From the NCBI GenBank assembly GCA_947086925.1, contig CAMUAL010000001.1, positions 1 through 64,000 of the forward strand: a DNA stretch of 64,000 nt, written 5' to 3'. The notes beneath the pieces were generated by a model. It was not told the DNA's origin and searched no databases. It saw nothing but the letters and a program-made list of their open reading frames with translations. The translations under genes were made by a program, and so were the position numbers. Numbering within the stretch: the first letter of the stretch is position 1; each line of letters opens with the position of its first letter. This DNA is from an uncultured Clostridia bacterium (GTDB lineage: Bacteria > Bacillota > Clostridia > Christensenellales > Pumilibacteraceae). Shown here piece by piece: positions 56,946 to 64,000 of the stretch.

Positions 56946-57062
56946 ATGAAAGTAAGAACTTCGGTTAAACCCATGTGCGACAGATGCAGAGTAATCAAGC
57001 GTCACGGCAAAGTAATGGTTATCTGCTCGAAGTACCCCAATCACAAACAGCGTCAGGGCTGA
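56946..57062 (+). CDS. rpmJ: 50S ribosomal protein L36 (38 aa, not in ORF track)
   Basis: [38 protein letters not shown]; zinc ribbon C-x2-C-x12-C-x4-H. Confidence 0.95.
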   Translation: MKVRTSVKPMCDRCRVIKRHGKVMVICSKYPNHKQRQG

Positions 57063-57148
57063 AAAAGGCGGCAAAACACGAATATGCGCGCGGATTCCTT
57101 GTATAAGGGCAGTTTCCGTGCGCCGTTTTGGCGTTTAAAGAGCAAAAC

Positions 57149-57225
57149 AGTTCCGTAAGTCAGGTTACGGGTTGATATTAAAAGATGCAGTTCCGTAAGT
57201 CAGGTTACGGGTTGATATTAAAAAA
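57149..57225 (+). repeat. two tandem copies of a 37-39-bp hairpin repeat (ccgtaa-gtcagg-ttacgg + gttgatattaaaa) in rpmJ-rpsM spacer
   Basis: cagttccgtaagtcaggttacgggttgatattaaaa at 57149-57184 and 57188-57225; each with perfect 6-bp stem. Confidence 0.85.
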
Positions 57226-57342
57226 AGAAAAATATCGCAACGGGGCGGTGCTGATTAACATTCCATAGTCGGCACTGCGTAAAAATTGCGTAATCATATA
57301 TATTTAAAACTCTAAATAAACAAATTTTAAAGGAGAAAAACT

Positions 57343-57711
57343 GTGGCAAGAATAGCCGGAATAGATTTACCCCGTGAAAAACGCGTGGAAATCGGACTTA
57401 CGTATATTTACGGTATCGGCAAGCCCACCGCTCAAAAGATTTTGGCGGATACGGGCGTAAATCCCGACACCCGAGTAAAAGATTTAAACGAAGAAGAAGT
57501 AAACAAAATCCGTTCTTACGTAGAGCACAACCTCCGCGTAGAAGGCGATTTGCACCGTGAAGTGGCTCTCAACATAAAACGCCTTATGGAAATAGGATGC
57601 TACCGCGGCGTGCGTCACCGCAAAGGTCTTCCCGTTCGCGGACAGAACACCAAGCAGAATGCGCGCACTCGCAAAGGTCCCAAGCGTACCGTGGGCAGAA
57701 AGAAAAAGTAG
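57343..57711 (+). CDS. rpsM: 30S ribosomal protein S13
   Basis: Translation matches uS13. Confidence 0.95.
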   Translation: MARIAGIDLPREKRVEIGLTYIYGIGKPTAQKILADTGVNPDTRVKDLNEEEVNKIRSYVEHNLRVEGDLHREVALNIKRLMEIGCYRGVRHRKGLPVRGQNTKQNARTRKGPKRTVGRKKK

Positions 57712-57724
57712 GAGAGCATAAAAA

Positions 57725-58117
57725 ATGGCAGTGAAAAAGACTTCTTCCAGAAAGAGCAGAGTAACTAAGAATATAGATAAAGGACAAGTGCATATCCACG
57801 CTTCGTTTAACAATACGATTATAACCGTAACCGACGAGCAGGGGAATGCGATTTCCGCATGCAGTGCAGGAGCGCTCAACTTCCGCGGCAGCCGTAAAAG
57901 CACGCCGTTTGCGGCTCAGCAGGCTTCCGAAAAAGCTGCGGCTGCGGCAAAAGAACACGGACTTAAAAGCGTTGACGTTTTCGTTAAAGGTCCCGGCAGC
58001 GGTCGTGAGTCGGCAATCCGCGCACTCGAAGTAGTGGGACTTGCCGTAACGAGCATAACCGACGTTTCGCCCATTCCTCATAACGGATGCCGTCCGCCCA
58101 AACGCAGAAGAGTTTAA
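57725..58117 (+). CDS. rpsK: 30S ribosomal protein S11
   Basis: Translation matches uS11. Confidence 0.95.
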   Translation: MAVKKTSSRKSRVTKNIDKGQVHIHASFNNTIITVTDEQGNAISACSAGALNFRGSRKSTPFAAQQASEKAAAAAKEHGLKSVDVFVKGPGSGRESAIRALEVVGLAVTSITDVSPIPHNGCRPPKRRRV

Positions 58118-58135
58118 TAGGAGAGATAAGATAAA

Positions 58136-58756
58136 ATGGCTAAATATACATGTGCAGATTGTCGTCAGTGCCGCCGCGAAGGACAAAAACTGTTCCTTAA
58201 AGGCGAGCGTTGCACCAGCAAAAAATGCGCTATGGAGCGTCGCCCCGTTCCTCCCGGACAGCACGGCATGGGCAGAAAAAAAGCAAGCGAGTACAGCGTG
58301 CAGTTGCGTGAAAAGCAAAAGGCAAAGCGCGCTTACGGATTGCTCGAAAAGCAGTTCCGCAGTTATTACGAAGAAGCCGAGCGTATGCGCGGCGTAACCG
58401 GTGAAAACATGCTTGCGCTTATCGAGCGCAGACTCGATAACGTGGTATACCGTATGGGCATAGGCGCAAGCCGCGCTCAGTGCCGTCAGATTGTAAATCA
58501 CGGTCACATAACGGTAAACGGCAAGCGTGTAGACATACCTTCGTATCAGGTTAAAATCGGCGACGTTATCGCGGTAAACGAAAACAAGAAAGACAACGCG
58601 ATTTTCAAAGAACTGCGCGGAGCACGCATAGTAATGCCCAAGTGGTTGGAGTTCGACACCGAGTCGCTTGTGGGCAAAATAATCGACAGCCCTAAGCGCG
58701 AAGATATCGACCTTAATATCAACGAGCAGCTTATCGTCGAGTTGTATTCCAAGTAA
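58136..58756 (+). CDS. rpsD: 30S ribosomal protein S4 (zinc-binding N-terminus)
   Basis: [26 protein letters not shown] Cys4 motif + S4 domain. Confidence 0.95.
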   Translation: MAKYTCADCRQCRREGQKLFLKGERCTSKKCAMERRPVPPGQHGMGRKKASEYSVQLREKQKAKRAYGLLEKQFRSYYEEAERMRGVTGENMLALIERRLDNVVYRMGIGASRAQCRQIVNHGHITVNGKRVDIPSYQVKIGDVIAVNENKKDNAIFKELRGARIVMPKWLEFDTESLVGKIIDSPKREDIDLNINEQLIVELYSK

Positions 58757-58818
58757 CAGTAAATAAGTCAAATAAAGTAAAGTCTGTCAAAGTGGCATAA
58801 GCCACCAAGGAGAATTGA

Positions 58819-59778
58819 ATGAATATGATGGAAATCGAAAAGCCACGGATTACGCTTGAGGAAAGCCCCGATTTAAGGGTAGGAAAGTTTGTAGTAGAAC
58901 CTCTCGAGCGTGGTTATGGCATTACGCTCGGCAATGCGCTCAGAAGGGTTCTGTTGTCCGCACTCCCCGGAACGGCGGTTGTGGGCATTCGCATAGAGGG
59001 TGCAAGCCACGAGTTTACTACCATCAAGGGAGTCAAGGAAGACGTTGCGGAGATTATTCTTAATTTAAAAGGGCTCAATCTTAAAGCCAACTATTCCGAC
59101 AAGACCCTTAAAAAGACGCTCAAAATCGAGCGCAATACACCGGGTATCGTAACCGCTAAGGATATCGAAATCGACCCCGAGATAGAAGTTTTAAACCCCG
59201 ATATGTACATTTGCACGCTTGACGACGGCGGAAAGCTTAACATGGAAATGACCGTTGCGCGCGGCAGAGGCTATGTAGTGGCATTACACCACAAAGACGA
59301 AAGCCAGCCCATAGGTTATATTCCCATCGACGCTATTTTTACGCCTGTTAAAGCCGCAAGCTATTCGGTTGAAAGCACCCGTGTGGGGCAGTCGATAGAT
59401 TACGACAAACTCACGCTCGAAGTTAAAACCGACGGCAGCTTGTCGGCAAAGGACGTTCTGAGTCTTGCCGCAAAAGCGATTGAAGACCATATCCGTTTGT
59501 TTGTAAATCTTTCGGACGTAATATCGGGCATGGATATACTCGTTTCGCGCGAGGAAGACAAACAGCAAAAAGTTCTCGAAATGAACATCGAAGACATGGA
59601 TTTAAGCGTTCGCAGTTACAACTGCTTAAAGCGCGCCGCGATTCATACCGTAGAAGATTTAACAAAGAGAACGGAAGAAGATATGCTTAAAGTCCGCAAT
59701 TTGGGTCGCAAGTCGCTTGACGAGGTTATAAGCAAACTGCGCTCTTACGGTTTGGATCTTAAAAGCAACGATGATTAA
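58819..59778 (+). CDS. rpoA: DNA-directed RNA polymerase subunit alpha
   Basis: Alpha NTD and CTD (RSYNCLKRAAIHTVEDL). Confidence 0.95.
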   Translation: MNMMEIEKPRITLEESPDLRVGKFVVEPLERGYGITLGNALRRVLLSALPGTAVVGIRIEGASHEFTTIKGVKEDVAEIILNLKGLNLKANYSDKTLKKTLKIERNTPGIVTAKDIEIDPEIEVLNPDMYICTLDDGGKLNMEMTVARGRGYVVALHHKDESQPIGYIPIDAIFTPVKAASYSVESTRVGQSIDYDKLTLEVKTDGSLSAKDVLSLAAKAIEDHIRLFVNLSDVISGMDILVSREEDKQQKVLEMNIEDMDLSVRSYNCLKRAAIHTVEDLTKRTEEDMLKVRNLGRKSLDEVISKLRSYGLDLKSNDD

Positions 59779-59792
59779 GGAGTAACGCAAAA

Positions 59793-60299
59793 ATGGAACA
59801 GAGAAAATTGGGTAAACCCACCGATCAAAGAATGGCTCTTTTACGCAATCAGGTTACCGACCTTCTTTGGAACGGTAAAATAGAAACCACCTGCGACCGC
59901 GCAAAAGAAGTTAGCCGCATGGCGGATAAAATTCTTACGCTTGCAATAAACAGCTATACCGATACTTACAAAAAGGTTGAAACCCGCAAAACGGACAAGG
60001 GCGACGTTAAAGTGGAACTCGTAAACGACGGTCCCAAAAAACTTGCCGCACGCCGTAAAATAATGAGTATCGTTTACGACCGCCAGGAACAGCGCGGTGA
60101 AAAAGAATCGGCTATTGCTTTTAAGCAACGCACCGAGCATATTCAGCACCCGCTTATCGAAAAGATTTTCAACGAGTACGCTCCCAAATATACCAAGCGT
60201 GCCGCCGACCTCGGTCAGAAAGGCGGTTACACCCGCGTTCTTAAAATGGGATTCCGCAGAGGCGACAGCGCCGAAGCCGCGCTCATAGAGTTGGTGTAA
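59793..60299 (+). CDS. rplQ: 50S ribosomal protein L17 (with ~45-aa internal insertion)
   Basis: bL17 N- and C-terminal blocks; 168 aa vs ~120 typical. Confidence 0.9.
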   Translation: MEQRKLGKPTDQRMALLRNQVTDLLWNGKIETTCDRAKEVSRMADKILTLAINSYTDTYKKVETRKTDKGDVKVELVNDGPKKLAARRKIMSIVYDRQEQRGEKESAIAFKQRTEHIQHPLIEKIFNEYAPKYTKRAADLGQKGGYTRVLKMGFRRGDSAEAALIELV

Positions 60300-60304
60300 C
60301 ATTG

Positions 60305-60345
60305 TTTCCCCTCCCGTCTTACATAAGGCGGAGGGGAATTTTATT
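60305..60345 (+). terminator. rho-independent terminator after rplQ
   Basis: Stem ttcccctccg/cggaggggaa + ttttatt. Confidence 0.8.
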
Positions 60346-60463
60346 ATGATAAATAACGCCAATAAAAATCAAATGATTACATATCGATGTCTTGAAAAAT
60401 ATCTTGACATATTACGCGATTGTATGATAAAATAATATCAATGAAAAACAAAGGAGATATATT

Positions 60464-60697
60464 ATGAAAGTTTACAAACTTGTAGCGGGACCTACCACAA
60501 GCCAGATTCTCGACAAAAAAGGCAACACAGGCGACGCGGTAAATTCGTTCGAATCGGTTATTTCGAATATGGCAAAAGAGGGTTGGACTTACCACTCGAT
60601 GGAGCCTATCACCACTCAGCAAACAAAAGGTTGCTTTATTAACAAGCAAACGATAGTAACAACTTTTTATATGCTTGTATTCGTTAAGGAAGCGTAA
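60464..60697 (+). CDS. small hypothetical protein (DUF4177-like?)
   Basis: 77 aa, RBS aaaggag; pattern MKVYKLV...EGWTYHSMEP resembles DUF4177; own promoter-like sequence upstream. Confidence 0.5.
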   Translation: MKVYKLVAGPTTSQILDKKGNTGDAVNSFESVISNMAKEGWTYHSMEPITTQQTKGCFINKQTIVTTFYMLVFVKEA

Positions 60698-60702
60698 GCC
60701 GT

Positions 60703-61329
60703 TTGCAAAACAATAGAAACGACATAAAACAAAAGTCCGCATCGGCACCCGATGCGGATTCTTTTTCTTTTAACGCAGAAGCCTGCGCGGATAGTAAGGA
60801 ACAAACCGTCAAAGCCGAAAATGCTACGGTAGGCGACTGTCAAACCGTGTCGGTGGAACTCACCGAGGCGGATTTCGCCTATTCGCAAATGCGCACTGCG
60901 GCAATAGATACGCTTATAAAAAAGACTAACGGCGCAAGCGTGGACGAGCACGGATTGGTTCGCCCGCACATATCCGCCGTGCGGGCGGTGCTTAACATAA
61001 CATTGCCGCTTATAATCTGCGGCGGAATTTTTTGTCTGCTGTATTTTTTGTTGCCGCGCTATAACTTAACGGTTGCTCTGTCGGTATCGCTCGGACTTTT
61101 GGGACTGTATATAATAGTGCGCATGCGCAGTATTTTGATATGGTGCGTTCTCGTGTATCAGGCAAAGGCCCCCGCTCATGTGCGCCGCCGTTGCGTTTTC
61201 ACTCCCACGTGCTCGGAGTACGCGCTTCAAGCATTACGTAAATACGGCGTAATTCGCGGAGTCCCGAAAATTGTTGCGCGCCTGTGGCGATGTCATCCGC
61301 CCAATGAGGGCAACGACCCGCTCAAATAA
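60703..61329 (+). CDS. yidD: YidD-domain protein (membrane protein insertion efficiency factor) with N-terminal TM extension; start uncertain (TTG 60703 vs ATG 61123)
   Basis: C-terminal 69 aa carry the YidD signature (YQAKAPAHVRRRCVFTPTCSEYA...RCHP); in-frame upstream 140 codons include two hydrophobic helices. Confidence 0.7.
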   Translation: MQNNRNDIKQKSASAPDADSFSFNAEACADSKEQTVKAENATVGDCQTVSVELTEADFAYSQMRTAAIDTLIKKTNGASVDEHGLVRPHISAVRAVLNITLPLIICGGIFCLLYFLLPRYNLTVALSVSLGLLGLYIIVRMRSILIWCVLVYQAKAPAHVRRRCVFTPTCSEYALQALRKYGVIRGVPKIVARLWRCHPPNEGNDPLK

Positions 61330-61332
61330 AAA

Positions 61333-61372
61333 CCGCTGTTGCTTTTTCTTGCAACGGCGGTTTTCGTTTATG
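61333..61372. terminator. bidirectional terminator between yidD (+) and trxA (-)
   Basis: Stem ccgctgttgc/gcaacggcgg with T-run on + and A-run upstream. Confidence 0.7.
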
Positions 61373-61395
61373 CAATTTGATTTTTCGGTTTTGTA

Positions 61396-61701
61396 TTATA
61401 ACCCCGCAAGTTGGGCAAGGTTGCTTATTGATTGTACGCCCACGGCTTTGTTGAAAACCTCTCCGCCCTTAAAGACGATAATTGTGGGAATACTCATTAT
61501 TCCGAATTGCATGCAAAGTTTTTCGTTTTCGTCGGTGTTTACTTTGCACACCTTGACTTTGCCCGAATATTTTTCGGCAAACTGTTCGAGTATGGGAGTC
61601 TGACTGCGGCAAGGTCCGCACCACGGTGCCCAAAAGTCTACAACTACGGGTAAGTCACCCGATATTTCCGAATCGAAAGTGCTGTCGTTAAGTTCAATCA
61701 T
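61396..61701 (-). CDS. trxA: thioredoxin
   Basis: WAPWCGPC active site, 101 aa. Confidence 0.95.
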   Translation of the reverse strand: MIELNDSTFDSEISGDLPVVVDFWAPWCGPCRSQTPILEQFAEKYSGKVKVCKVNTDENEKLCMQFGIMSIPTIIVFKGGEVFNKAVGVQSISNLAQLAGL

Positions 61702-61831
61702 AATTATATACTCCTTATTTTATATATTTTCCTATTTTCAGTGATTTTATTATTTTCTGCTCGGTGCAAAAGAGCGATTTGCTTGTTTTCGTCGCTTTCC
61801 TAAATGACTTGTGCGTAAATAGTGCGGCGTT

Positions 61832-63223
61832 TTAAAACGCTTTGTCAAGTTTTAATATCGCCGCCTCGTAAATAGCGGGTAACTTATCGAACAGCTCAAT
61901 CGGGAAAGATTCGTCGATATTGTGTATATTGGTTTCGAGGTTTTCAAAGGTGGGACCGAACGCAACCGCATTGGGAAGTTCGCGCGCATATGTGCCCCCG
62001 CCGCAGTAAAGGCATTTTCTGTCGCCCCCGGTGGTTTCGGCGTAAGCGTCTAAAAGCGAGCTTACGAGTTTGCTGTCTTCGGGAATATAAAGGTTGGGCG
62101 ACCAACGATTGACAATTACGGTTGCGCCGTTAAAACACTTTTCTATATTGCTTACAACTTTTTCGTGATTTGCGCATACGGGCAATCGCAAATCGAGCGT
62201 TATTCCCACATGATTTGCACCCTCGATATAATTCACAATGCCGGTATTTACGGTAAGATTGCCCGAAACTTTATCTTCCGCCGCAATGCCCAACAGACTT
62301 GCGGGATTGGGCGCGCCGAGGTATTTTACCGCCGCGCCAAGCGCACTCGATTTACCGCCCGTTAAGCCGTTTAAAAGGGTAATCATTTTTATTGCGGCGT
62401 TTTCTCCCTTTTCGGGCGACATGGCATGTCCCGCAACTCCGCGTGATTCCAAAACGATTTTATCGGGGAAGAAGTGCGCCGAAAAATCCTCTGTGCGCAT
62501 ATTGTTGTCTATAATTATCTTCGCCGCTTTGGGAGTAGCGAATACGTCGCTGCTGTTTCCGAGCGCAGTAATCGTTTCAAACAATTCACTGCCTTTTATC
62601 ACCGTTGCCGAACAGAAATCCGGTACGATGTTGGGGCGAAGTCCCGCTTTCAGCTCCGAAATATCCGACTTTAAAACTTCGTCGGCGGGTAAAAGAACGG
62701 ATAAATGCAATATGCCTTTTTCGCTGTTTATAACGGGGAAATCGGCGTCGGGGACAAAGCTTGCCTTGGGAATTTCGCAATGCTCGCGGTAGTACTCTAT
62801 GCATTCCGAACCGTTTTCTTCGTTGCAACCCACAATAAGACGTATGCGGTTATTCAGCTTTGCGCCGCTGTCTTTAATGCGTTTAAGCGCGTGCAATGCG
62901 GCAACAGTAGGTCCTTTGTCGTCGGCAACGCCTCTGCCCATAATTAAGCCGTTTTCGCATACGAGCGTATAAGGGTCGTGACTCCATCCGTCGCCCGCGG
63001 GCACAACGTCCAAATGTCCGAGTATTCCTATCAAACCGCTTCCTTCGCCGTATTCCGCCCAACCGCAGTAACCGTTTTCGTTATGCGTTTTAAAGCCGTA
63101 GCGAGCGGCTATTTCCAAAAATTTATCGAGTGCCGCTTTCGGACCCGCACCGAACGGTGCGCCGCTTTCCGCTTCGCCCATGGTGGATTGAATTTGTATA
63201 AGTTCTTTTAAATCGTTCAGCAT
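61832..63223 (-). CDS. pepV: M20-family dipeptidase (PepV-like)
   Basis: Metal-binding HLDVVPAGDGW motif, dimerisation/lid domain, 463 aa. Confidence 0.85.
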   Translation of the reverse strand: MLNDLKELIQIQSTMGEAESGAPFGAGPKAALDKFLEIAARYGFKTHNENGYCGWAEYGEGSGLIGILGHLDVVPAGDGWSHDPYTLVCENGLIMGRGVADDKGPTVAALHALKRIKDSGAKLNNRIRLIVGCNEENGSECIEYYREHCEIPKASFVPDADFPVINSEKGILHLSVLLPADEVLKSDISELKAGLRPNIVPDFCSATVIKGSELFETITALGNSSDVFATPKAAKIIIDNNMRTEDFSAHFFPDKIVLESRGVAGHAMSPEKGENAAIKMITLLNGLTGGKSSALGAAVKYLGAPNPASLLGIAAEDKVSGNLTVNTGIVNYIEGANHVGITLDLRLPVCANHEKVVSNIEKCFNGATVIVNRWSPNLYIPEDSKLVSSLLDAYAETTGGDRKCLYCGGGTYARELPNAVAFGPTFENLETNIHNIDESFPIELFDKLPAIYEAAILKLDKAF

Positions 63224-63314
63224 TTAATATACCTCTCACGTCAATTCGGTTGCTTTTATTTTACGATGATATTATAATAGTAAACGGATAATTTGTCAAG
63301 GAGCATACCTTATT

Positions 63315-64000
63315 ATGGTAAGAACACGTTTTGCACCGAGCCCCACGGGATATCTGCATGTGGGGGGATTGCGCACCGCGCTGTACGCCTATTTGTACGC
63401 AAAAAAGGCGGGAGGAAAATTTATACTGCGAATAGAGGATACCGACTTAGAGCGCACGGTAGACGGAGCGGTAGAACTTATTTACCGCACATTGCATGAA
63501 ACGGGACTTGTTTACGACGAAGGTCCCGACGTGGGCGGCGAGTACGGTCCTTACGTTCAGACTCAACGCAAAGATATTTATCTTCAATATGCCGAACGAC
63601 TAATCGAGAGCGGCGACGCTTATTACTGCTTTTGCACAAAGGAACGGCTCGAACAGATTCACAAGGACGGCGCAACCAAATACGACAAGCACTGCCTTAA
63701 TCATATAAGCGTAGAGGAGGCTCGCAAACGCATAGCGGCGGGAGAGAAGTATGTAATCAGGCAGAACATACCCGCAAAGGGCGTTTCAAGTTATACCGAC
63801 CTTGTGTTCGGCGAAATCAGCGTTGATTATAACGACTTAGAGGATAACATACTTATTAAGTCTGACGGATATCCGACTTATAACTTTGCCAACGTAATCG
63901 ACGACCACCTTATGGGAATTACGCACGTTATACGCGGAACGGAATATCTTTCGTCAACGCCAAAATATAACTTATTGTACGACGCGCTCGGGTGGGAACG
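63315..64000 (+). CDS. gltX: glutamate--tRNA ligase, 5' partial (runs off window end; not in ORF track)
   Basis: [23 protein letters not shown] (HIGH-type motif), promoter-like ttgctt-17-tataat and AGGAG upstream. Confidence 0.9.
   Translation, partial: MVRTRFAPSPTGYLHVGGLRTALYAYLYAKKAGGKFILRIEDTDLERTVDGAVELIYRTLHETGLVYDEGPDVGGEYGPYVQTQRKDIYLQYAERLIESGDAYYCFCTKERLEQIHKDGATKYDKHCLNHISVEEARKRIAAGEKYVIRQNIPAKGVSSYTDLVFGEISVDYNDLEDNILIKSDGYPTYNFANVIDDHLMGITHVIRGTEYLSSTPKYNLLYDALGWE

Overview
This 64-kb window is from a Firmicutes/Clostridia-like chromosome of roughly 50% GC, and it is mostly core housekeeping genes on the + strand. Gene assignments come from reading the translations and motifs by eye, not from database searches.

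In order, the window contains:
- **1-8.4 kb, accessory-like:** tRNA-Gly(CCC), hypothetical membrane proteins, a PadR-DUF1700-DUF4097 three-gene module, an alpha/beta hydrolase, an ABC-F ATPase, and a TIR-like/tandem-repeat/TM protein.
- **8.5-16.7 kb, core genes:** pheA, secA, prfB (no programmed frameshift), tsaD, mnmA, degV.
- **16.8-21.8 kb, carbohydrate island:** a membrane-anchored esterase on the - strand and a 1042-aa, apparently circularly permuted GH3 glycosidase carrying both a signal peptide and a C-terminal TM anchor.
- **22-24 kb:** a LytTR response regulator with an AgrC-like (HPK10) histidine kinase; no agrBD genes are visible.
- **24.2-33.7 kb:** an NfeD-flotillin operon, a small zf-trcl zinc-ribbon gene, aspartate aminotransferase, a small P-loop protein, thrC, trpS, a hypothetical protein, and a J-like/TPR/Cys-rich protein.
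- **33.8-60.3 kb, ribosomal super-cluster:**
  - rpmG-secE-nusG-rplKAJL comes first.
  - A four-gene glycosylation island follows (GtrA::GT2 fusion, YfhO-like protein, membrane GT2), sitting where rpoBC and the str operon would normally lie.
  - The S10-spc-alpha operons complete the cluster (rpsJ through rplQ, including secY, adk, map, infA, rpmJ).
- **60.3-64 kb:** a DUF4177-like protein, a YidD-domain protein, trxA (-), pepV (-), and the 5' part of gltX.

The most notable non-coding feature is a dispersed family of ~26-nt hairpin repeats. They share a conserved loop (GAGCGNAGYCGAG), and their stems differ between copies in a base-pair-preserving way. They sit in intergenic regions of the core operons, often as inverted pairs, and one copy supplies the C-terminal tail of the GtrA::GT2 protein. 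Other repeat and RNA features are:
- a second ~60-bp dispersed repeat;
- tandem hairpin repeats in the secA and rpsM leaders;
- a candidate promoter-to-terminator small RNA at 2364-2512.

Many long ORFs in the six-frame track that lie antisense to the ribosomal genes are artefacts of GC-rich composition. The track also uses GTG/TTG starts, so several starts were moved to ATG/RBS-supported positions.
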